Made by a program: the position numbers and the translations under genes | The notes under the pieces: generated by a model | Database searches by the model: none | The model's input: the letters and a program-made list of their open reading frames with translations, nothing else | What the model was told of the DNA's origin: nothing | Shown: positions 26,401 through 37,637 of the stretch, piece by piece | Layout: every line of letters begins with the position of its first letter | Position numbering within the stretch: position 1 is the stretch's first letter | Source: Massalongia carnosa | Taxonomy: Eukaryota | Assembly: GCA_965645245.1 (NCBI GenBank) | Contig: OZ287086.1 | Location: 248,001-312,000 of the forward strand | Direction: 5' to 3' | Length of the DNA stretch: 64,000 nucleotides

Positions 26401-27569
26401 CGAAAAATCGAGCCATCCTCATATAGCGAAGCTATAAAATGCGCGGAAAATATGCTATGGAAAATTGCTATTATGGAACAGCTGAATGCACTCATTGCAA
26501 ACAGCACTTGGGAGCTAGTCAAAAGACCTTCTAAAGATTCGAATATCATCATCTCTAAGTGGGTATTCAAGGTAAAGTATACTGTATCCGGCCTCATTGA
26601 TCGCTACAAGGCCCGTCTCGTTGCCAGAGGATTTACTCAGGTCTATAGGATAGACTTCGAGGAAACCTTTGTTCCTACATTGAGACTGGAATCTCTTCGG
26701 ATGCTGATGGCATTTGCAGTGTATTTTGGTTTCGAAATAGAGCAAATGGATGTGCCAGATGCCTACTTGAAAGCCAACCTCACTGAAACAATTTATATGG
26801 AAATTCCACAGGGCTACGAAATCCCTCATAATCAAAAGCACGAGGATCTCATTTTGCACCTGCTCCGACCCTTGTATGGTCTCAAGCAATCAGGTCGCGA
26901 ATGGAACACAAAAGCGAAAAAACGAATTGGGAGCTTCATGTACGCCATGGTAGGCACACGACCGGATATAGCCTTTGCGGTTTGCAAATTAAGCCAGTAT
27001 TGCCAGGATCCCTCGCTCCGGCATCGAATCGCCTTTGATAGGGTCCTTCGCTATCTGAAAGGAACAATTGACCTAGCTCTTGTGTATGACCACAGCCAAG
27101 CTAGGCACCCAGTTTGTTATGCGCATGCGGCCTATGGGGATGATGTTGTTAATAGAAAATCAACGTACGGGCACACACTATTAATCGGCAATGCGTCAGT
27201 TACATGGGCAAGTAAAAAGCAGAGGACTACTGCTTCCTCTACCACTGAAGTGAATATGTTGCTATATGCCAGGCAAGCAAAAACATTATATGGGCCACGC
27301 GTTGGATTAAAGAATTGAATTTCAGCCACGTATCTGACTTGCCAATTCAGCTTTTTGGGGACAACCAGGGTTCCCTCGATCTCATCAAAAACCCTGAACA
27401 CCATAGTCGGACCAAGCATATTGACATCCAGTACCACTATATTCGCGAAGTAGTCACTGACGGTCTAGTAAAAACCTCGTACGTTCCAACACGCGAGATG
27501 GTTGCTGACATTTTGACCAAACCAACCAAACCGGATATCTCGTGCCGCTTCGGGCTAAACTGGGTCTGA
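23421..27569 (+). mobile_element. Ty1/copia retrotransposon, decayed (gag, PR, IN, RT, RNase H); LTRs not resolved
   Basis: Zinc knuckle CFHCDKPGHYKVKC, protease WIIDSGSSRHM, LWHARMGH, integrase VHTDIWGP and YTPEENGVAER, RT KWVFKVK..RYKARLVARG and LYGLKQSGREW, RNase H RTKHIDIQYH..ADILTK. Stops, frameshifts and an internal RT deletion. Confidence 0.95.
23662..23984. mobile_element. Solo LTR inserted in copia gag, containing a ~44-bp tandem repeat (3 copies, about 23786-23912)
   Basis: TSD AAATT at 23657-23661 and 23985-23989. Ends TA(TG mutated)...CTAACA. Gag-like reading resumes as KFFNYKAGS after it. Confidence 0.7.
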
Positions 27570-28673
27570 AAGAGGTAGATTTTTGAGGCATGAGGGCCTA
27601 ACACATGCCAATCCAGGCGCGTTTCAACACTTGTTAGATATGTAGAATTGATAGGATTTTTTTTGCCTTATTTATGGTATTGTAAAAGGTAAATTTATCA
27701 GAATAACTATGTGGAAGTTCCTACACTCCAAAATCCTGTACGTCCTTTTGATTCTTCGCATTCCACCTCAAGCACCATGACTTCTCATCCACTTATCATG
27801 CTTGCACTCTTTTTTCATCCTTATCTGCTGTATCAGACGTCAAAGGCTTTGTTAGCTATCGAGAGAGTGTGCTATGACGATATTTCAGGTAAGCTCGCGC
27901 ACAACCTCTTCTCCTGCTTCTTAGCGCCTTGCCTCGCAAGACGAGTTCTGGTGCTTATTAGACCCATTTTAGTTATTGTTATTCCTTGTCGAGAAGACAC
28001 AGCTCCATCTGAAGCTCCGATCTAAGCTTGCTTTCTTCGAGTATTTTCGAAACTTGAAGTGCGTAGGCTTAGATCTGTTGATGTTAGCCTGTGTTAGCCT
28101 AACTAGATTGTGGTCAAGGTGATCAAATCTCCCTCCAACAACTTCTGGATGACTGCTGGACGTGCATTAGTATGAGCAGTTTTACCCTACGTAGTCGCAG
28201 AAAAGTCAATCGTTTCTCCCAGTTTCTTGTGCATGTGAAAAGCTCGTTTGTCGAATTAGCTAGAGTATATCAATTGCCCTGTCCCACCATTCTGCCTGTT
28301 GCAGTCACAGTTCCAACACATTCACTTTGAACCTCAATATCACCAGTCAATTGCGAGCTTACCATCATCAAATCCGCATGACATCAAGAAACACATATTC
28401 ACAGAGGAGGCGTTGCTGCAGGAGAGAAGCCGCTCTTTCAGTTGAGTGAAGGACCATTAGATTAGACTATCTCGTTCGCTTAACTGTGATAGAGACCCTA
28501 AGGGCTCGTCCTTGCTCTATCCACCTGTCATGCTATTGTCAATGCCTGGATAGGGTTGGGTAAGCCTGGGCTGCTGGACCATTTTTACCTGCAGCGTACA
28601 GTTCATCCATCATTGTAACAACTCGATCAAATCATCTACTTCAATCTGCATCACATCACATTGACTTGTCAGG

Positions 28674-29896
28674 ATGCGGAAAGTCCTCACTTTTGAATGG
28701 GTGGAGAAACATATTTTGTCCAAACTAAGCGCTGAGGAACGAGTCGCCGCTAGAAAAGAGATCGAGGAGAAGCTTCAAAACCCACAATCGGTAAGTGACT
28801 CTATCGGAATCACATCGTCCACCGTCCACCGTCTTAATTTCTGGTATCGTCTTGTGTTAAGCTCGCTGCCAAGTCCCTTACTTTCAACGAATCGTGCACA
28901 ATGTTTGGCCTGAATTACAATCCCGGTTATGGCGCCTGGTCACTCTCGAGGCACCAGCGATATGATATACCACAGCAGCTGGGTAAGAATTGCCCTGTTT
29001 CTCCGATGTCCAATAGAAGACATTAATATCTCTAGTCTCCATGATGAAGGAGATGGATTTTGTTATCAATGGCTCAATATACAACGAAGCTCTTACTCGT
29101 TCAAGGATAAATGTTATTCTAATCATCTGTATCGCCGAGGAAAAACGGTTGGCCCTTGCAAATCAATCTCTCGAGCTCATCCCGTCCGCTTTCTTCAATC
29201 GTCCCATGACACCAACTGTCGAACCAGCACTCTTGCTCCTTCAGTTCGAAAAGAAGCTAAGTTTTACGGTTACTTATTAAAAAACAGCAGCGCCTATTAC
29301 AAGGCTTCGCCGACTATTCTCTGTGGTATGATACAGAAGAATCCATGGCAACCAATTTGATAATTATAGAGGCGAAGAGAGCGGGTGCAATCGACCTGGC
29401 GGATGGTCAAATAGCAGCATACATGGGTGAGCGACCTAACAGCAATCCAAGTTATGTGACTTCTGATGCTGATGATTGTAAGGGATGGTACACCGTAGAA
29501 GGGAGCAACTGCACAAAACCAATAAGACTATTTATGGTGTCATCACGGATGGGAATGCGTTTCGGTTTTGGCGTATTGATAACTCCAGTAGTGTAAGTAA
29601 TGAGATACACGTATCGATGAATTATTGATGCTGGGAAATAGTTGACCCGCAGTCGCCTCATCGATTTTGCGGGCGGTGATGGTGGTATAATTGTATCCTA
29701 TCTACATTTGATAGTACGGGCAGCAATTCAATCATCTTCAACGACCAGTACGGTCAAAGGAGCAGCGGCTAAGGACGTAATTTTGCAAGGTTTCAGCGAC
29801 TCTCAAAAGGTCGAGTCGTTTGATTTTGAGGTTGGGGTTGAGGAGTTGGATGACAACGAGCCAATGCCAGATGACATAGAGATTTTTGACGTATGA
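28674..29896 (+). pseudogene. PD-(D/E)xK nuclease-fold protein, copy B (paralog of 13286-14509), with an apparent 1-bp insertion near 29278
   Basis: Same exon layout and sequence (MRKVLTFEWVEKHILSKLSA, MMKEMDFVINGSIYNEALTRSR, IIEAKR, QIAAYM). TATTAAAAAACAG versus TATAAAAAAGAG in copy A gives a stop and frameshift. Confidence 0.75.
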
Positions 29897-31426
29897 GCTG
29901 ACAGCATCCTATCCCATCTCAAGCTTCAGTTGTATTCATCCTATAACGCATAAGATCGATCTTTGTTCTCATCGTCTTCTCTTGTTCAAGCTTCATCGCA
30001 ATATTGATGCATTTCTTCATAACAATCAATCCAGCCTTCTAAAGCTTTAAATTTCAATCACCATTCATACACTTTGATCAACACAAACCCGCAGAGAACA
30101 GGAAAAAGAAATCAAACAAAAAAGTTGCATCATTCTCCTTCTCCGCTACTTCTGCGTCAACACTTGCTTTCTCGAATACTTCCTCCGTCAACGCCTGCGA
30201 GCCCCTACTCGCTGCTCTCACCGTCATCCACCCGGCCTTCTACGACCACGAGAAACCCCATGACCAAGAAATCCCTCCGAAAAACATCTATACCGACTGC
30301 ACCACCTCGCTTTTGCAGCTCGAGCAGAGCTTTCAACTCGCCAAAGCTGTGCTCGCAGCGGGCAGATCGTGAAAAGAAGAATACGAGGAACTGGGTCGCG
30401 ATTGGAGGCTGCAGAAGAGAATTGGTGGAATGAATCGGTATCGGAAGGCGGGGAAAAGGCTGAATGAGGAAGTCATCAAACGAACGATCAAGGTTGAACA
30501 CCGCGCATTTTGCATTATGGAGCGAATTCAAGGAGCCACTTTGGAACAAGCCTGAGCTGGATGACAACCATCAGGTTGGCGGTGCAGCTTCGTCGGTATG
30601 TCGGCCTGTTAAGGTCGGTGACTTCGTCGACCGCAGGATCTCTGGCCACCGGTGAGTGCAGGTCATTTTCGCTTGAAGATCACTTTGGTCTGCCTGCACG
30701 ATCAAGCCCAGAAGTCAACACGTCTTTGATCAAATTCTGGGTCGACTTTGTCTCTATCCGACAAGCCATGAAGGCCACTAGCCGAGGTCCAGCACGTAAC
30801 AAGAGATACGTACCTAAAAAAGCCACAGCTCTATTTTTCACCCATCATGACCTTCGCCCCTCGCAACATTATCCTCGATCCTTCAGGCAACCTGTGGTTG
30901 CTGCATTGGGATTACGCCGGCTGGTATTCTAGCTACTTCGAATATGCATCCATGCAAAACTTCTTTATTCCTGAAGGCTGGGGTTTTCTGACGCGAGTGT
31001 GATGGCGTCTATTCACTTTTCTCGCTGTTGGATACTCTGAGAAAGACCGGCGCGTGCTAGAGCGGATAAGAACGAGATTCACCCGTTTTTCTGTTGGCCG
31101 CCGGTTCGAGATCATGAGAAACGCTGCACCATCTAGAATCCTGCATCGTAGTTAAAGTACTTAAAAATAGGAATAGAAGTAAAATATTCACAAAAATAAT
31201 AATCCGAGTTTTTAAACGTTTATCAAGATGTTTCAAACCCGATTTTAATTTCAATGACGAAATCGATTTTAAAATTTTATTCAACCGATATATACACACA
31301 TATACGACTTGTAGGAAAAATAAAAGATTATTATTGAAAAAGACCCGGTTCTGTTTCAAAATACGTTGGATTTGTTTCCTACGGAAAAATCTTTCATATG
31401 ATGTTTTTGAATCCAGAAACAAAACT

Positions 31427-34400
31427 TCACATCGAATTTGATCGATAGATCTCGCGCAGCTTTTCCTTACCGGTACTCGGGAAAAGGCTGGGATTCTTCT
31501 TACACTCGGACGCCAATTTTCCCCCGGCGCGACGAAGTATCCGGGCAACCTGATCATAAATTTCTACTTTCGACTCGAGTTCTGCGATGAAGACGTGTAG
31601 GTCAGATTTTATTTCACGACTCGATTGATCTATAGCAGACGCTTCATTTCTTACCTGCTCTTGTAAATCTTGAGTGCTCTCTTCTGTAAAGAATTCTTAG
31701 ATTAGAATCTCGTCTCTGGAGGGCCGTGTCGAGTGGAGTTTCCGAGCGAAGTCGCTTCGAAGCACTACCCTCAAATGTCCAGCGTTTGTGTATCGCATTG
31801 ATTCGAGCCCCTTCCTTGATGAGAACCTTGACACATTCTGGAACTCCTCCCGAAGCCATCAAATGCAACAGGCTCGTACCCTTCAGATCTGCCCGTTCCA
31901 GCAGATCGGCCTTCTTCAAGTGGTCGCGGATGGGATGTAAATGCTTGCTCAGAAAGCGGGCAAACACCGTGTCAGTGCTAACGTAACCTCGGGCGAGCAA
32001 AGCAAGGACGTGGTATCCAAAATCCATGTTCCTAGGGTTGAGAACCCTCTCAGTAATGTCCGCACCCATGTCAAGAAGAAGGTCGACGATTTCGAGGTCC
32101 AAGATATGGGTAATCGGAGTTTGCCCTAGGTTATCCCGGCAGTATATATCCACACCATAGGAAACAAGAGTCTCGACTGCTTCCAGAGACCTCTTTCTCT
32201 TCCGAGTGCTTGTCATCTGTTGGAGGAAGAAAAGCACGTTTGCTCCGTCTATATTCCGTACATTGACATCGGCACCCGCTTTGAGTAACTCCGCGATTGA
32301 CTCCGGCTGGTTAGCCTGTAATGCTAACATAAGAGGCGTCATTCCGACCGAACTTTTTGACCGGGGTTTTGTGAACTGGTTGATATCTCCTCCAAGCCTG
32401 ATTAAAGCCCGAATGGTATCCCGTAAGTTCTGTTGAACTGTCTCAGGTTCTCCCCAAAACAACCGCTGGGAATATCCAATCTCAGAAAAGGTGTATTTCA
32501 AATGACCGCTCTCTAGTCGATGAAACGCAGAGCAACCTTCCTCGTCGACATCGTTGATCCTATCATATGAGCCCATTTCGATCAGCCGTTGCAGAATATA
32601 AGGCTCTCGTTGCATAACGGCAAGGTCCAAGGGAGAGAGCCCGAGCGTAGTTCCGTCTGCAACAGAATATTTTACCCAGTCAGGGCCTCTGAAATGCATC
32701 GTCGAGCGAAATATTTCGTCATAGATATAAGGGTCATCACCATTGCGAACGGATGGATCGGCGCCAAGCGCTAAGAGGCTCTTGATAGCTGCATTCTGGC
32801 ATGTCGCAACTGCCCAGTGTAGGGGCGTTCCGCACGGAAGTAGAAAGGGGTAGTGAAACAGTGGCAATTCCTGGTATGTGAAAGCCACGACGCTCGCCCC
32901 GGACTTCACTAAAGCCTTTGCGGCATGCTCAACCGATTGCTCATCAAAAGCGAAGATCCAGTGTAGACAGGTAAATCCGCCCGGCAAGTAAGGTATAGAT
33001 GGATCCGCCCCGTGGGCCAGAAGCACTTCAACAACATCCCAGTTTCCACGAAGACATGAAACATACAGCGCAGTTTGACTCCATTGGACTGACGCGTTCA
33101 CATCGATAGGCAAACGTTCCAGCGATTCTTTTATATGATGACTGTTGCCAAAAGCCACCTCATAATAGAGGTTGAACTCTTTTACTCGGTCTCGATAGCC
33201 TTCAGCCCACTGACGGAAAGCCAAGCGGTCGGTTCTCTGACCAGAATGATAATGATGAAACTGATTGTAACCCCCATATTTCCGAAAAGTATTAGCTGCA
33301 GCCCTAAAAGCATCAGAATCGATCTTTTTGAGCTCCAACCCTGCTACCATAGAACCAGTTTCGACTGCTTCTGTGAGCCATTGCGACTCGAAACGCTGCG
33401 CCTTATATGGGAGCTTGCACTGAAGGCTACGACAGACGAGAGGTAGAAGCCCCATCGCAGGTGCGCTACCCAGAAGTGCAGCAGTCACTAGAGGCTCCAG
33501 CAGAACGGTTTGATCCGAGTCCTCAGGCATCTCTGTGTTTTGCCAATACTTCGTGCTGTGAAGAAATACTGTCAAAAGCCGGCTTGGTTCAATGAGGGAC
33601 AAGTCGTCTTTGAATACAGTCTTCAACTGTTCCACCAAGTATCCACCTAAACACGGAGGAATCCACGGACACCATTGATGCTCGGCACTAACGCTGTCGC
33701 TAGAGTCATCGGTTCTAGGTTTAGAAGAACTTTCACAAGAGTATTTGCTTGCCCTTTTGCCAAATCAGCATGAGGCCCGGAACCCTCTTAACAAGAGTCC
33801 AAGACTAACCAATCCTGATATAACGGGGTTCCATCGTCCAAGGAATCGGAGATCATCTCTGGGCGATGTTCTGGATCTGTCTGCAATAGGTTACATATTG
33901 TTTCACTCATCTTGAAGTATGACGAGATGAGATCTTTTTCAACCTCTGTTTTGTAAGTTTTCAATACAGTGCTTTTGTTCTCAAGATCGTGCGCACGCAC
34001 ACAGATTCCTCCAAGAAACATCGAACTCCAAAGAAGCAGCCCAAAGCTATAATTATCGGCTTTCAGTAGATCCGAGGGTTGAAGCGGACTACCCAATTGA
34101 ATCTCTGGCGCTTGCCATCCTGGAGTACCTTTCGGTATCTCTCCAGCGTGCATATCTTCGTACAAAGACATGCCAAAATCAGCCAATTTGGCTGTGAGGC
34201 CATCCTGATTAAAGATAAGAACATTTGCCGGTTTCAGATCTCCATGTACAATGTCGACTTGATGAAGCGCATCCAAGCCAGCCCCAACGTCGAGGCATAA
34301 TACATATCTGGTGGACCAGGCAAGAGCTGGGCCTTCGTTATGCAAAAATTTTGCTAAGTCGCTCAATGCAATCTCTTGGCCCAGAAGTAGGGGCCATTGA

Positions 34401-34861
34401 AACGTTGTGGTGTCGTAAGTCCAAAACAAACTTTTGACAATATTTCGATGTGTCCGGAGGCTTGGATGATGCAATACCAATATCTCGAGGTAAATATCGT
34501 GCAGCTGTCGCTGTGTCATTCGAGTGGCTAGATTGAGGGTTTTGTTGGTTTCTAGGAAGAACCGGGGCTGCTTCACGGCCACGACGTCTGCTAAAAATTC
34601 GTCGTTACTGTGCTCGAAGACACGAGTTCTGAACACTCGATATTGAGCACCCTCGCCAATCAAGACTTCAGTTCCATAAGTTATGTCCGGGCCGCTGAGG
34701 TTGACCTCTATCAGCAAGTCAACAAGGTCCGTCAGCCCTTTGAGGTGTTTAGAAGTTAGGCTGCTGAAGTAAAGCTTATTGTCGAATTTGTCGGCTGCAT
34801 TATTGGAAGTTGTCGCGCCGAAAGGTTTGCTCATATATGACACCGGCTGCAAGGAATCCAT
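31427..34861 (-). CDS. Protein kinase + Sel1-like helical linker + ankyrin-repeat protein; 3 exons (34861-33810, 33753-31655, 31581-31427), about 1101 aa
   Basis: Intact kinase motifs GEGAQY, VAVK, alphaC E, HGDLKPAN, DFG and GTPGWQAPE. Intron 33754-33809 (GTTAGT..GCTGAT..AAG) joins in frame to the ANK ORF (TALYVSC, TPLHWAV, TPLMLAL, SLLHLMA). Intron 31582-31654 adds QVARILRRAGG. Confidence 0.85.
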
Positions 34862-35121
34862 GACAATGACAGAACACTAAGTAAGCACTCTCGGCGATCA
34901 AAATTCGACAATAATATATTGATGATAACCGTAGCTGGGTCAGTAGTCTATATTAAATCCTGTTGATGCCGTGTGCAAGAAGAGGGCTCACAAGTATGTA
35001 AGTGGAATGATTAGCCGGTCATCTACTTCTTGTGGTAGCCTTATGCCCCTCTCTTTAGCTTTCGAATTCTTGTTTTTGGAGTAAAAATCTACCAACTGGC
35101 AGTTAAACCTCGAAACAAAAC

Positions 35122-36699
35122 ATGGAGGCGTCTCTTGGAATAGTCAGTCTTGCAATTTCTGGACCACCCTTGATCGAGGTGTTAATTAGGCTTGGAGACT
35201 ATCTCGTCCACAGAGCAAAACAACATCGTCAGATCGGCGACAACGTAAAGTTATGTGAGCAAATTATCAGCCTCAACAAAACGCAATCGAGGCTACTTCT
35301 CGCCTTTTTCAACAAACTGGAGGAGCAGATTTCTTCGGATTTGCAAGATGAAGTTGATAAGCTGTATCAGAGCTTGCGGAATCTTTATGAAGATCTTATT
35401 AAGGCTTTTTCCAAGAACCAGGATGCGTCGACATCTGCCAACGCCAAACCAGCCAAGTTCTCTTCTCGAGACGTGCTCAAGATCCAAGACGCTGTTGACA
35501 ATCTTGAGACGTGGAACGATCGATTTCTCAAATTTGCAATTATTATCATGATCTCCGACAAAAGCGATTTCAAACCTTCCATGGAAACCCACCAGCGCCA
35601 TCTCCACAGTTGGGCTGCCTTGGAGCGTGTTCAGAAGCTTCGTGAAGCAGTGCAGGCGACCCTTGCACATACATCTCCTCCGACCAAATGTTTACTGGAC
35701 TCGGAGGACAATGCCCCAACTCGAGTTCAGCTTTCTCACTCGACGCTATGGATCATTCAAAACCCTACAAAAGTACTCGCTGGAAATCAAAGGTATTTGA
35801 TCGAGACTCGGTCATATAGTGACGATATCGACACGGTGACCTTGAATGAAACTCGCAGAACCGTCCGGGATATTGCGTTGATTCTGCGTGAAGCCGACCC
35901 GAGCATCATGGGTGTTCTGCAATGTCATGGGTTCCGGCATGAGCGGCGGCAAAATCGATTTGAGCTTCATTTCATGTTCCCCAATGGCGCTCACAACCCT
36001 CGCAGTCTCCGCGACTTACTAAAGGATTCCAAGTATAAAGACGTGGGAGCGGTTCATCCACTTAATCACCGACTTGACCTCGCCAAAAAGCTCGCCTCCG
36101 CGGTCTTCTTCATCCACTCGGGAGGCTTTGTCCACAAGAACATTCGTCCGGAGAACATCATTATATTTGAGCCCGATCTCGCAGAAAGTGCTTGTTCAGC
36201 CGAAACCATTAAGTACAGTCAATTTCCACGTGCCCTCGGAGCCCCCTATCTCGTAGGTTATGACGGTGTTCGCAAGGTGGACGCCAAATCTGATCGCATC
36301 GCCGTCGATAACCCCGAACGGGGCATTTATCTCAGTCCCGAACGTCACCGACTGAAGGTCGGCGACGAGTTCACGATGCAACACGACGTATACAGCCTCG
36401 GGGTTGTCTTGCTTGAACTCGCACTCTGGAAGGATCTCACCAACCATAGGTCTTCGGTGGGAATGGTATTGTGGGATCGCGCAGGCGTTTTAAAGCCGTA
36501 TACGTCGCTGCATGAAAACCTACTCTCTTTGGCAAAGACTCACGTTTCAAGATATCTCGGTCAGAACTACGCCGACGCGGTGACAACTTGTCTTGCCGGA
36601 CTGAAGGATATAGAGACCCACATGGATCAAGACGGCGTGGTCGTAGGACTGGCATATATCACGCAGGTTTTACAGAAGTTGGAAGGGATTGTCTTGTAA
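35122..36699 (+). CDS. HeLo/HeLo-like N-terminal helical domain + pseudokinase (MLKL-like architecture), 525 aa, single exon
   Basis: Hydrophobic N-helix MEASLGIVSLAISG followed by amphipathic helices ending LETWNDRF. Kinase-fold C-lobe has HKNIRPEN in place of HRD, VGYD in place of DFG, YLSPE and DVYSLGVVLLELALW. No GxGxxG or VAIK seen. Confidence 0.8.
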   Translation: MEASLGIVSLAISGPPLIEVLIRLGDYLVHRAKQHRQIGDNVKLCEQIISLNKTQSRLLLAFFNKLEEQISSDLQDEVDKLYQSLRNLYEDLIKAFSKNQDASTSANAKPAKFSSRDVLKIQDAVDNLETWNDRFLKFAIIIMISDKSDFKPSMETHQRHLHSWAALERVQKLREAVQATLAHTSPPTKCLLDSEDNAPTRVQLSHSTLWIIQNPTKVLAGNQRYLIETRSYSDDIDTVTLNETRRTVRDIALILREADPSIMGVLQCHGFRHERRQNRFELHFMFPNGAHNPRSLRDLLKDSKYKDVGAVHPLNHRLDLAKKLASAVFFIHSGGFVHKNIRPENIIIFEPDLAESACSAETIKYSQFPRALGAPYLVGYDGVRKVDAKSDRIAVDNPERGIYLSPERHRLKVGDEFTMQHDVYSLGVVLLELALWKDLTNHRSSVGMVLWDRAGVLKPYTSLHENLLSLAKTHVSRYLGQNYADAVTTCLAGLKDIETHMDQDGVVVGLAYITQVLQKLEGIVL

Positions 36700-37084
36700 A
36701 ACTAGATCAACTCGAACAAGAAGACCAAAAAGAGTGAACGATCTTCAATCATTCAGATATACTAAACCAATGTTTTTATTCACCCCTGAACTCGGGCAGA
36801 GATTACGTAATTCCATGAGGATGACACTAAACCCTTGCCTCAGTACCTCAGACGTGCTGTGGCTCAGCCTTGGCCTTTATTAACCATTTCCGGTTAACTC
36901 GGCACTAAAGTCTAACTTTTTATAGTTAGGCTTTGCTTACTAAGTTCACTGTCTGCCGCCCGAAGCATACGTAGTAAGCTAAACAGAGTCTTAACCCAAA
37001 ACAGTTAAACTATTCACAAAACTAGCTTAGCTTTAGACTGATAATAGAAATTTGAATAGGTTTAGCTGTGGCGAGTGCAAGGCA

Positions 37085-37506
37085 GATTGGAGGAAGATGG
37101 ATTCAGGGCATGGGCCAGGCAAATCAAACATCGTACGCACTTGGAAGGAGGAGCATGGGCTCGAACATTATTTTAACTGCCCTTCATCTCCTGATTTATC
37201 GCCCATTGAAAATTGCTGGCAGCCGGTCAAGCAGGAGCTCTACAAATATCCCCATTGGGACGATGAGACTACAAAAGGGCTGATTTATGAGGGTTGGAGC
37301 CACGTTTCTCAGGGTTTTATCAATGAGAAAGTAGCTAGTATGCCCGATCGACTAGAGGCGGTGATTCGAGGTGAAGGCAAGATGACTGGTTATTGATTAT
37401 TGATTTGCTTGCATGGTAACTGTACGTAGCAAAGTGAAAATAAGGGGTAGATTTTGTTGGGTGAAACTTTTGGTGTCCCGGTTTTTTTGTCAGCCGCGTG
37501 CTGAGG
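37085..37506 (+). mobile_element. 3' fragment of a Tc1/mariner element related to the one at 47099-49089
   Basis: DSGHGPGKSNIVRTWK..SPDLSPIENCW..MTGY, followed by a right-terminus-like GGTAGATTTT..TTGTCAGCCGCGTG..GG/TA. Confidence 0.85.
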
Positions 37507-37637
37507 TACTAACCTAAACCCCGAATAGAAGCAGGCGTGGCTTTGTTGACTCTGCAGAGTAAACAGACCTTGCGATCCTGTCAACCTTCTTGGATTGCAT
37601 TAGGAGTATTCTATCAAGATCAAATCATGATTCCTCC

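Noticed and set aside
30400..30600. Phosphotransferase-like fragment (IMERIQGATLEQA)
   Set aside because: Too short and stop-interrupted to call.
35122..36699. HET-s-like amyloid prion-forming motif
   Set aside because: No N/G/Q-rich pseudo-repeats seen in this protein or in the kinase-ANK N-terminus.
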